Shown: positions 41,537 to 52,264 of the stretch, in pieces
How the letters are laid out: each line of letters begins with the position of its first letter
How positions within the stretch are numbered: position 1 is the first letter of the stretch
NCBI GenBank assembly: GCA_030704615.1
Contig: CM060734.1
Location: forward strand, 21,204,001-21,268,000
DNA length: 64,000 nucleotides
DNA from: Takakia lepidozioides
Taxonomy: Eukaryota; Plantae; Bryophyta
Direction of reading: 5' to 3'
Translations under genes and position numbers: made by a program
Notes under the pieces: model-generated
What the model was told of the DNA's origin: nothing
The model's database searches: none
What the model saw: the letters and a program-made list of their open reading frames with translations, nothing else

Positions 41537-41904
41537 GAGGTTTGCTATTTCATGAGCATGAGCGGCATGAGCGGCATGAGCAGAGTAGTAACACAATCGG
41601 TTTTCATGAGCAGAAGTACAAATTTCGAAAATAAAAAACAATAAAAACAATAATTTAATGCAATGTGTCAGAAAAAACAAATATATTATTCGGCCCCTTG
41701 AAGGGAAAATTGCACTTTTGACAGTTGTGCTCATGATATTTCGTCTTCCGCTCATGCCAATTCCCATCGACATGTGCAAATATGGCGCCGAATTTCGCGG
41801 TAATAGGGTCCGTAACCTGAAAAAACGGCGACGTATTTCGCGGCAATAGGTCTCTCTGGCGAAAAATGGTGCCGAATTCCGCGGCTATAGGTCCCCTCAT
41901 GACA

Positions 41905-42140
41905 GGTAATTCGGCGCCATTTTTCCAGTGCATGTTCGGACTTAGCCAGTTTTCGGCCCAAAAAGAGAAATTCGGCGCCATTTTTCCAGACACGGTACCA
42001 GTGCATGTTGGGACTTAGCCAGTTTTCGGCCCCAAAAAGAGAAATTCGGCGCCATTTTCCCAAACACAGGTACCAGTGCATGTTGGGACTTAGCGAGTTT
42101 TCGGCCCCAAAAAGAGAAATTCGGCGCCATTTTTCCAGAA
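41905..42140. repeat. 3' subterminal repeats of about 76 bp (3 copies) of copy B
   Basis: CCAGTGCATGTT.GGACTTAGC.AGTTTTCGGCCC.AAAAAGAGAAATTCGGCGCCATTTT repeated three times. Confidence 0.88.
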
Positions 42141-42293
42141 ATGGCCCCACAACTGCTTCTGTTGGATCTCAGTTTGAATGGAATATTGCCTCATTCCAGG
42201 AGTTTTGGGGTGCATTTCATTACACTGCAAAAAAAAGTCTGATACAGCAAAATGCATTTGAAAATATCCATATGGAGGATTCCGTTTGCCCCA

Positions 42294-43712
42294 TCAATGA
42301 TTTCTGGAATCCCTAAGGAGGAGTTTGTGCAGCTCGTTCACGCTCAACGCCGGTGCATGAATAAAGTCATCAATAGTCACGTTCATCCTCAACCTCTTCA
42401 GGTAAATGTAATACAGATGCTTGCACGGATAATACTTCGAACCCTTCTTTGCTTCCATCAACGAGAAGTCCGTACAGTTGCAAGTCGGCTCCACTCCAAT
42501 CGTAATTGTGTATACATCGTCGCGTACAGCCGAGCCGGCCGTTGCCATCCGATACACACGCCCAAGGCCGGGTGGGGGTACGTCCACGGAGCTCTGAATA
42601 GTGCAAGCCATCCCAAGAGCATTGGCAATCCGAGTCTCATTCAACTTGTTGGGAGGGTGTCGTCTCTTCACTCTTCCGAATCGCATTGTGAGATGTGCAG
42701 AATTGTCCAATCCGTCTCTACTGGACCGAGTAGTCTGCAATGGCTGGGTCTGAGGAGCCGGAAATGCGTGGGCCGGGATGTCTGTGCGTTGCACCATTCG
42801 AAATCCTGCTGCAGATAGAGCATCCGCCTCATTCTGAGAGAGGCTGCAACCCGGTGCAACAGGCCAGACGCCCGGAGGCTCCGGCATTCCCTGAATCCCG
42901 TACTTGGGCTTGCCAAATACACAGGTCATTATGTCGTGCCTACAGAACCAAAATGTCTGCGTTGTGGCGTGAGCAAATGTGGGAGTCAAAAATCTGCCGC
43001 TGAAACAAGGTGCAGGTACATCACCGTGTGGGTTCCTCCGAATCATCTCACCACAGCGTGCTCTCGTATCCACCCGGATGGCGCAACACTTCCCTCGAAA
43101 TGCCGGCAATGTCCTCGCAATTCTCCACTGTGACTCCGACACTCTTGTCTCCACAATGGGAATGTTGTATTGCTTTACTACAGATGGCTCGTTATGTTGC
43201 CGGGGCACGCGCCCTGTGCTCAAAGGAGATGGCAATCTTGAACGTGCAGGACTTCCGGTGCTCGACGAGACCTCCTCGGACAACATCACCGGACCACGAG
43301 GGAGCGTGCGAATATTCTTGTCAGCTCGCCATGAATCCTCTTCTCCGCCAGGTGCCTCGTCAAGTCTTCGTCTCACTGGACGGGTATGAACATCTCCTTC
43401 CAAATGTTGGCCTCTTCGCAGCAATGGCGTGTCCCGAAGGCCCTCTCGCAAGGCCGCCGCCCACTTCCGAGGATTCTTCGATCTGGAGGCAGTCCGCATC
43501 AGCATTTCCTGCCTGTCCGGCCCCAAGCCCCACTGTTTCCCTTTCAAGAACTCGTTGTACCTGTATTGCTGCATAATTGACCTCACAATGTCCTCCGTTG
43601 TGGCAGTGAGGATGTCCACCAGATGCGCCGCAGAGGAGGCACGCCAGGAAGAGTGCACAGATTCGGCCATGTTTGTCGTGGGCATATCGGTGTCGGAGTC
43701 GAGACACATTTC
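42294..43712 (-). CDS. MULE transposase exon 2 (catalytic E motif, Cys-rich region, C-terminal SWIM zinc finger)
   Basis: 472 open codons after the GTGCAG acceptor. TTNMAESVH matches the MULE TTNxxES motif. YTITIGVEPTCNCTDF...YPCKHLYY matches SWIM CxC..CxH. Confidence 0.9.
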   Translation of the reverse strand, partial: EMCLDSDTDMPTTNMAESVHSSWRASSAAHLVDILTATTEDIVRSIMQQYRYNEFLKGKQWGLGPDRQEMLMRTASRSKNPRKWAAALREGLRDTPLLRRGQHLEGDVHTRPVRRRLDEAPGGEEDSWRADKNIRTLPRGPVMLSEEVSSSTGSPARSRLPSPLSTGRVPRQHNEPSVVKQYNIPIVETRVSESQWRIARTLPAFRGKCCAIRVDTRARCGEMIRRNPHGDVPAPCFSGRFLTPTFAHATTQTFWFCRHDIMTCVFGKPKYGIQGMPEPPGVWPVAPGCSLSQNEADALSAAGFRMVQRTDIPAHAFPAPQTQPLQTTRSSRDGLDNSAHLTMRFGRVKRRHPPNKLNETRIANALGMACTIQSSVDVPPPGLGRVYRMATAGSAVRDDVYTITIGVEPTCNCTDFSLMEAKKGSKYYPCKHLYYIYLKRLRMNVTIDDFIHAPALSVNELHKLLLRDSRNH

Positions 43713-43798
43713 CTGCACAAGCACATGTTCAGGTTACAAGCAAGTTACAAATATGGCCAAGAATAATATCCAACGGGACGCGAATTCGTGCAACTCAC
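43713..43798 (-). other. 86-bp phase-0 intron
   Basis: GAG|GTGAGT...GTGCAG|GAA. Splicing joins DYMRE to EMCLDSD in frame. Confidence 0.85.
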
Positions 43799-45886
43799 CT
43801 CCCGCATATAGTCGCCGAACTGGAGGAAACGATAATGCCACCATGCTAGCCAACTGACCATTGCTCCTTCGTCTGATTTCCTTACAGCACCTGACGATGT
43901 CCACCAAGCCCGTATGCATGCAAACTGTGTCTCTGCATCATCCAAGATGGGAGCGCGCTTCCACGCAAGGCACATGGAACGGTGCTCCTCTCTGAAATCT
44001 GGCGCCACGAGCCTGGTTGTGTACTGCGAAAGGCTCTGCAGAAAATGGAACCCACAAGATCTCTCCTTGCCTTCCATGGGAACATTGGGGTCTTGCCCAT
44101 ACACCCTTCGGATGGCAACCCAATTTGCTTGTGCGTTGTCCGCCATGAAACCACGGAAATTGGGAGGGGGCAATCCCGCCTTGGCCATCTGTTCGTTTAT
44201 TCCCTGCCAAAGAAGCATCTCCGATTGTGTGTCCTCTCCTTTCATCTCACAAATAGCAATTGTCATTAGCATCCTGCAGTGGGTGTCGTAGACATGTGCA
44301 CCCATTGTCACCCACTGGTGATTTGTAATTCGCTTGATATGGTCGAACATGACCCAACTGTTTGACAAGTTCCCACTCGTCATCCTGTCGACCAGTTCGA
44401 CGCCACTGCCAGGTCCACACGTGGACATTTTGAATACGAAACAACGATCTGCCTCAGTCCCTTGTCCTGGAAACCTACTTCCATGAATGTAGTCATATCC
44501 ACATCGTCGCTTCACCTCCAGAATGGAGTGCATATCCGAGCCACGCCCAATTTTCTGTTTGCATGAGACAATGTGGTTTCGGACATTCGGTGAACATACG
44601 TGGGACACCGACTCCAGCAATGCCTCCATTTCCTTCTCGTCGAGAGGAACTCTATCGGAGCCGTCTTCCGACATAATTCTGGCCAATGCCATCTTATGGG
44701 CGGCTTGGAGCTGTATCTGTTTGGGTTTGGCACCCGGTCTCAACTTAACCTCCTCCTGAACGAGCTGCTCTGCATCGTGGGCAGCCTCCCGCGAGTTCCC
44801 CCTCGCCAATTTGTGACAATGGGAACCAACGTGTATGCAAGCTCGGGTGAGGTCAGGGAAACGGTGCAACACATAGAACTGCTTGGCATTACAAACAGAC
44901 ATGCAGTGTGGTGGTTCTTTGCAATGCACACACTTAAATGTGGAGTTCGGAACCTTCTCCTGAGCTCGAAATGGTTGATGAGCTGTGCCTGTCCAATCGG
45001 TCTCGTTCTTGTGACCTCTGGATTTAAAGTGGAAGCAAGTTGGGGAGAAACACCGCAACGCGCCCGCACAAACAACGTAGCGCACCCGCACACCATCAAG
45101 CATCTTCATGCTGGTGATTTTGGTAACGCACCAAGGATGACCGTCATGTTTTCTATCCATATCTGTCAACATTCCGGACGCCCTCGAGTAGTCCGCCCGA
45201 GGAGGGAACTCAAAGAAGATATTACTGTCGACGTCGGCGGGAAGGCATGTAACCAATTTAATTGCAAACTTGCTGTAGTCCAGCCCGGCCAGCTCCGACC
45301 GGTGTCCCTCCAGGTGAAGCCCTCGAAGAATTTCAAGAATAGATCGAACTGCGGTGCTCGTGCTGGGAATATGACTCCCTCCTCCACTGACGTCCATTGA
45401 GGACTTGCCTGATCTCCAGGACGACCTCAGAACTTCCATGACCTCATCTGCGTCGGACAGGTTGTGAACAACCCGGTTCTCGCTCGTCTTCATGGATGGG
45501 TTCGGCTCTGGATTTACTTCGTTGCGGACTTCTCTCTTTGAGGTAGCCACTCTCTGATTCGCGGATTGTTTCGTGGAAGGCGCCAGGATAGAAGGTGCAT
45601 TTGGCGGGCAAATGAAGTTACCAACAGCCCTGTATATGACGTTGTCCGATGGTGGAACTCGCCATTCCCTGCCATCGCCGAAATCATCGTGGAGCACAAC
45701 AATACTCTCGACAACAAGGCCATTTGAGTCCTTCCTTTCCTCCTCCAAAAAAACCGACCCCGGTTTCAGGTGGTATCGAACGCACAGATATTTCTCCATC
45801 ACCGGGCAGATGTCCCCTCTGCACGGAAATGAAGCTCTATGCTCGTGAGGAGGGCAGTACACTGTAGCGCTCGGGTTTTCCGCCAT
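43799..45886 (-). CDS. MULE transposase exon 1 (GCM/WRKY-like Zn domain and DD core)
   Basis: Open from the first ATG (MAENP). Motifs WVMFDH (first D), FMADNAQANW (second D) and CGFH (CxxH). N-terminal CAGALRC..C..CVHC..C..C..HVGSHCH pattern. Confidence 0.9.
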
Positions 45887-46189
45887 GGAAGATGTGCACA
45901 CAAGATTGCCAGGATGGCGTGCGGGGAAGCTCCCTGGTAGAAGGGGGATGCAGCGATGGGAAGGAATGCGGTGCCGATTTGTCCGAGCGACGAAGCCTGA
46001 TCCAAATCCAGGGAGCCAACTATCTCAAAAATCCACAGTCAGAGTGTTAATGAACCTTGTCTCCGGAATGCGGCCCCTGGTCTTTGCGCAATAACTGCCA
46101 ACGGTATGCAGTCAGAAAGTGGGGGGCCGTCCGGATGATGTCGGCTGAAGGGGAGAAGCCGGCACCGTGCCGTCACATTACTACCCCCG

Positions 46190-47820
46190 AATGGAAATTT
46201 GGCACCCAATATCCAACAGGGGCCGCACGGATGAAGTCGTCTGGGGCAGAGATGTCGGCACCTGTCCGACAGAGAACATCCCCCGGATGGAAATTCAGCG
46301 CCGAATTTCCATTCGGATCCCCCCAAAAGAAGTCCTGTCGGGGGGTCAGGTCGAAAACTGGCCGACATAAAAACCTCCGCGGATGCAAAAACGGCGCCGA
46401 ATTTCCAACAGAGGAAGCCCGGATGAAGTCGACTCGGGCACAGAGGCCGGAGTGTGTGCGACAGAGAACATCCCCTGGATGGAGATTCGGTGTCGAATTT
46501 TCATCCGGGCCCACCAAAGGGAGTCGTGTCGGGGGGTCAGGCCGAAAACTGGACGGCATAAAAACATCCCCAGATGGAAAAACGGCGCCGAATTTCCATC
46601 CGGGGCGGTTCGGATGCAGTCGGGGAGGGGGGAGTGGCCTGCACTTGGCCGTCACATTTCAACCCCCGGACGGAAATTCGGCACCGAATATCGAACAGGG
46701 GACGTCCGGATGAAGTCGCCTCGGGCGCAGAGGCCGGCGAGTGTGCGACAGAAAACATCCCCTGGACGGAGATTCGGCGCCGAATTTCCATCCGGGCCCC
46801 CCCAAAGGAAGTCTTGTCGGGGGGTCAGACCGAAAACTGGCCGACATAAAAACCTCCACAGATGGGAAAACGGCGCCGAATTTCAATTCGGGGCCGTTCC
46901 AATGCAGTCGGGGAGAAGGGAGAGGTCGGCACCTGGCCGTCATATTTCAACCCCCGGGACGGAAATTCGGCACCGAATATCCAACAAAGCGGCGGAGAGG
47001 CGGCACCTCTCCGACAGAGACCATCCCCCGGATGGAAATTCGGCGCCGAATTTCCATCCTGCAGGTAATTCGAATCCCGGATGGATGGAAATTCGGCGCC
47101 GAATTTCCATCCAGCAGGTAAGTGGAATCCCGGATGGATGGAGATTCGGCGCCGAATTTCAATCCTGCAGGTAATTCGAATCCTGGATGAATGGAAATTC
47201 GGCGCCGAATTTCCATCCAGCAGGTAAGTGGAATCTCGGATGGATGGAGATTCGGCGCCGAATTTCCATCCTGCAGGTAATTCGAATACCGGATGAATGG
47301 AAATTCGGCGCCGAATTTCCATCCAGCAGGTAAGTCGAATCCCGCATAAATGGAAATTCGGCGCTGAATTTCCATCCTGCAGGTAATTCGAATCCCTGTT
47401 GGATGGAAATTCGGCGACGAATTTCCATCCAACAGGTAAGTCCGATCGGTGCCGTATGGATATTCGGCGCCGAATTTCCATTCGCCATGTATTTCTGCGC
47501 GAGGAATTACCTTCGTGCAGGTAATTCCCATATAAGAATTACCTTCCTGCAGGTAATTCCAATCGATGTTAATTCCTCGTCCATAATTACCTACACGAAG
47601 GTAATTCTCATATGGGAATTACCTGCAGGAAGGTAATTCTTATATGGGAATTACCTGCACGAAGGTAATTCCTCGCGCAGAAATACATGGCGAATGGATA
47701 TTCGGCGCCGAATATCCATACGGCACCGATCTGACTTACCTGCTGGATGGAAATTCGGCGCCGAATTTCCATTCATCCGGTATTCGAATTACCTGCAGGA
47801 TGGAAATTCGGCGCCGAATT
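46190..47820. repeat. 5' subterminal palindrome arrays of copy B, including a 53-bp-period array and a foldback with arms of about 205 bp
   Basis: GGATGGAAATTCGGCGCCGAATTTCCATCC-type palindrome about 9 times at about 53-bp spacing (47030-47480). 47355-47560 is the reverse complement of 47615-47820. Confidence 0.88.
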
Positions 47821-48450
47821 ACCTGCTTGAGGGAAATTTGGCGCACCGCCCTACCTGCGCGGATGGAAATTCGGCGCCGGATTTCCATCCGCGCGCTTTC
47901 GAATTACCTGCGTGAGGGAAATTTCCAGCGCCGCCCTACCTCCGCGGATGGAAATTCGGCGCCGGATTTCCATCCGCGCGCTTCCGAATTACCTGCGTGA
48001 GGGAAATTTCCAGCGCCGCCCTACTTCCGCGGATGGAAATTCGGCGCCGGATTTCCATCGCGGGCTTCCGAATTACCTGCGTGAGGGAAATTTGGCGCAC
48101 CGCCCTACCTGCGTGGATGGAAATTCGGCGCCGGATTTCCATCCGCGCGCTTCCGAATTACCTGCGTGAGGGAAATTTCCAGCGCCGCCCTACCTCCGCG
48201 GATGGAAATTCGGCGCCGGGTTTCCATCCGCACGCTTCCGAATTACCTGCGTGAGGGAAATTTCCAGCGCCGCCCTACCTCCGCGGATGGAAATTCGGCG
48301 CCGGATTTCCATCCGCGGGCTTCCGAATTACTTGCGTGAGGGAAATTTCCACCGCCGCCCTTCCTCCGCGGATGGAAATTCGGCGCCGGATATCCATCCT
48401 GCTGCGCTCCGAATTACTTGCAGGATGGAAATCCGTCGCCGGAATTCCAT
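47820..48450. repeat. About 84-bp tandem repeat (7 copies) of copy B
   Basis: CCTGCGTGAGGGAAATTT-type marker recurs at about 47822, 47907, 47992, 48076, 48161, 48246 and 48331. Confidence 0.9.
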
Positions 48451-48650
48451 CGTGCAGCTCTCCGAATTACCTCTACGTTGGAAATTCGGGGACTGTTTAC
48501 GTCGATTTTCATCCGACATGGAGGGCTTCATCCGACATTTAATTGCGCAGTTGGGCAATAAATGTCGACGGCCGTCGGTTATTATTCGGGCTGGCGACGC
48601 ATGGCTTCCTGGACACGGGCCGTGTTTGACCCATACTGACATAAAAAAAC

Positions 48651-48845
48651 AGGCACAGAGTCTATCACAGTCTGACACAGCCTATCACAGCCTAGTACAG
48701 TTTGTCACAGCCTATCACAGTCAGTCACCGTCCAACACAGCCAGACACAGCTCGACACAGCTAGCCACAGTCCGACACAACCAGTCACAGCTCGGCACAG
48801 TCACAGCCCGACACAGCTTGGCACAGCCCGTCACAACGTTCACAG
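48651..48845 (+). repeat. Degenerate 10-bp minisatellite (NNNNNCACAG)n, about 19 copies
   Basis: tctatcacag tctgacacag cctatcacag ... ccagacacag ctcgacacag ... Confidence 0.85.
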
Positions 48846-49559
48846 GGAACGGTTATCATTGGCAGGGAATGACTATGTGGGAACGACATCTGCACAGGGA
48901 ACGTGCATTTTGTCTTGGGATGACAGTTAGTTAGTTAGGCGGTTAGAACAGCTTGCAGGTAGAATAGGCAGAGTAGCAACATGGAGAGGGTCAATTCTTG
49001 GAGATCACTTCTTGGACATCACTAGGGGGAGATCAGGCGGAGAGCACGATCTTGGAGCGCAGGGATGGAGATTACACAGAGGAGGAGATATGACAAGATG
49101 ATGCTTGATTCATGCAAGCTATAGAGATGCACTGTAGAGCAGATTAGAGACACCATGGCTTCGGCCTGATACTTGATAGATATTAATCTGATACATATTT
49201 CATACTCATACTGTGTAGAGAGATCTGAGTGAAGCTGTGGAATGAATGCTTGGGTAGATGGAACATGGAAGATTGCAGAAGCAATTTGATACTTAATCAT
49301 AGACAATAAGGTAACTTGCTAATATGAATGCGAGAAGGAATACAAACCGGAAGCACCCCCATGATACACTAGTTGTAGGTCATGACTGATTGTTCTGAGC
49401 GGGCTGAGTGCTTAGAGATTTCCAACTCTTCTATCTTGGAGTTTCAACCTCGGATAGCTAAGGGATGGATGAGTAAAAGCCGCTCGACAACCACATCAAA
49501 GAAAAACACCAGAGGAATTGGCAACAACACGAACAGTATGTAACCGCGAGGTTGCAATT

Positions 49560-51344
49560 GCATCATTGGAGGATCAAAAGACTACGTTGCTTCGTCAATA
49601 CAACACTTTAATAGAATGCCGAGACAAGTGGGAACAGAGGTGGCAAAGATAGAGAGACAAAACACGCAATGTCCAAGCCGACCTCGATGCAGAAAGAGAG
49701 CGATCTCAAAAAACGGAGACAGAGGTGGAGACACTCACGGGACACGTGCAGACACTCAAGGAGCAGGTGGATACACTCAAAGGGTAGCTGAGGACTGCCA
49801 AAGATCAGGGAACCAAGTGGCTCTCATGCAATACTGTACTACTGAGAGAAAGGGAAAATGCAGAAAGTAGGCTGTTCACAGCCAACAGAGAGAGTGAAAT
49901 TGCCTTACACAACGAACAGGAATGGAAGCAGCAGTTGGAGAAGCTGACACTGCAAGCAGGGCTAGATGCAGCAGACGCAGCCTTGGCCCGAGCATGGTTG
50001 AGTGAAGGGCATGAACTAGAAATGAAGAAACTCAATAGGGCAATGATAAAACAAATGAAATGTCAGTTGGCGAAATTGGTGACAGACATTCACGAGGAAT
50101 TCCTGCCACCAATTCGTGAACAAGAGGAGCTCACGAACGAGGAAGACCAAGAGGAGCAAGACCATGAACAGGAAGCACCAATACAATCAACAATAACAAC
50201 ACCAGCACAAACACCACCAACAACACAATCACCACAAAGTCAACAGGCACTGGTACAGGCCACAGCAGGACCATCTACTCAGGAGGTAAACCCCGTACTA
50301 TTACCAAGTGTTCTGGTGGCATCAACTTCAGTAGCAGTGGATGATTTCAAAATCATGTCATGCAAGCAGGATAGGGAGTGGCTGAAGTATTCAGAGGAAT
50401 ACTTTAAAATGATGATAGTCCCAACCCACCAAATCCCAGAAGTGCTAGAGAAGATATTCAAGGTCTTAACCCCCTGCAGGTCATTGGGCCAATTGCATCT
50501 GCTCAATCAAACGCTCATACCTTTGAGATACATGATAAGGCCACTAGCTAGGGAAGAGACATGGTCAGGGGCAGAATTGGTTCAATTCTGGCGCCAGGCT
50601 CCCCTAGAGTACAAGGAGCTGGTCGCTTACATGTGGACAGTGGGGCAATTGAAGATTAATCCTACCCCGGCAGTGGACGTTGTAATGGGTTGCCCAAGTT
50701 TTTATATTGGCAGCTATTTGTACAGGATGTTCGTCACAATGAGGGGAAGCTGGCAGCGCTATGAGAGTATCAACAAGGATACTCACTGGGAATTACCCAA
50801 ATTCCAGCCACCAGAGAGAGTCTTAGGCACTTCAGCGTATACGAACAGACCACTATATGCTGAAGCATGGCGCTAGGCAAAAGACCACTTTTCACCATTG
50901 GTCCTGGACAAAGACCACCCCTTCATAGAGACAGGGACGCAAGCTGTTAACTGGTTAATGGGCAGCAGGGCGACCAAAAACATTGTACCCTGGACCAAGG
51001 AGGAGCTGCAAACCTACCGAGAAACCTTGACCACCAAAATCAACAAATCTATTAAGGGAATTGTGCCTGTACCCCTATTTACCAAGATTGAAAGTCTCGA
51101 GGCTGAGCCAAAAGCCCAGGCCCTCCTGAGGCCTAGTTTTTGGGCAAATCACACACAGCAGATTGATGCTTGTGTGAAGGGATTTCTAGAGGATATATGG
51201 AAAACCCGGATGAATTCTTTATATGGAGGTAAGTCTTACTACCAACGTCAGCCCCTGACAAAGGTAGGTTCTGTCCCTTTTGTTCCCGCTCAAACTGGGC
51301 GCGGGGTCAATGGCCACAAGGCTACGGCAAACAACATCTTATGA
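49560..51344 (+). pseudogene. Decayed coiled-coil protein ORF, probably a TE accessory gene
   Basis: ORFs 49935-50876 and 50898-51344 share a frame and are separated by one TAG. The same frame extends upstream as a heptad-like E/Q/K-rich stretch with further TAG stops. No recognisable domain; start is approximate. Confidence 0.5.
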
Positions 51345-51814
51345 GTACAATCTCTCTTGTGTTCCCATGCGCATGCAAGTGTGCATCGTTGTTGAGATCT
51401 CTGGAGCAGAGAATCCAGGGTTAGGCAGGTTGGCTAAAGTGAGGGAGCTGCAGCCACCCCAAAAGTATTACAACATAAGATTGGGTGCAGCACTGGGACA
51501 TAACGATCCCCACTTCCCAAACGGATGAATGACATGGATGAGGAGCAACATTCATGAGGATTTAAAACGGCTCATGTATCAATGTAAGTTGGTCATGTAC
51601 CAACTTAAGTTGGCCAAGTCCCTAGATGGATGAAAGTTACATATGGATGAAAATTATGAGGAAGAATGAAAATGGATGAAATCAGTGGATGAAACCATGG
51701 ATGGATGAATTACGGGCTGGATTTCTGGACGGATGACAATGGATGGAGGAAAAACACGCATATTTTCCTGCATTTGCTAACTTACAAAGACATCGATCTT
51801 CTTGGCGCTGAAGA

Positions 51815-52264
51815 CTATTCATTGATTTCTAGATCATACCTCCATACCATGTAACCTCTAGAGTACTGTCCGCAAACCAAAAGCTGAGTTCCTATAATTG
51901 CCGATTCTTTGTCAGAAACTTCAAAGGTATAATCCACAGGGCAGTTTGGCAGACATCGCCACCGCGTGCTAACGGAATCAAACGCCCACCACTTCCGTGC
52001 ACTTATGAGAGGCTGTATCTTGCGTGCAAGACCAGCCAACATGTAAACCCATACCTCCTTGATCTCTACCCGTTTGCGAATCTCAAAGACGTCGTTGCGG
52101 CCTTCGTCATCAACCACCGCTAGCGCATTCTGCCATTTCTTACAACCACCCGTCAATGGTAAATAATAAGAGCGAGGCACCCGTTCAACGCATTCTAGTG
52201 TCACATGGTCTGTCAATCCTGGAATCAAGGAGTTGTCCTTCGACTGGTCCTCCGGCTTTGCCAT
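51815..52264 (-). pseudogene. Plant F-box/kelch-repeat protein, N-terminal fragment
   Basis: SLIPGLTDHVTLECVERVPRS F-box motif, then WWAFD..RWRCLP and SDKESAIIGTQLLV..VWRYD typical of plant F-box/kelch proteins. TAG at the conserved kelch Trp and no further kelch repeats. Confidence 0.85.

Larger units (their letters stand above)
41537..48616 (-). mobile_element. Mutator-like (MULE) DNA transposon, copy B, apparently intact, without TIRs
   Basis: Inverted copy of 477-7342. Starts GAGGTTTGCTATTTCA exactly where the satellite breaks off (..CTTACATGG|) and ends ..CTTCCTGGACAC. Carries a complete transposase. No matching TSD (CTTACATGG vs GGGCCGTGT). Confidence 0.9.

Noticed and set aside
42252-45400. 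Antisense ORFs over the transposase (for example 44600-45400)
   Set aside because: Shadow frames of a GC-rich coding strand.
47030-48450. CRISPR array (palindromic repeats of about 30 bp with spacers)
   Set aside because: The spacers are themselves repeated, there are no cas genes, and the context is a eukaryotic TE.
477-48616. A single element with 7-kb TIRs and a TSD
   Set aside because: The outer flanks (TTAGGGTAC vs GGGCCGTGT) do not form a TSD, and copy A has its own near-TSD. Kept only as a hypothesis in the findings.
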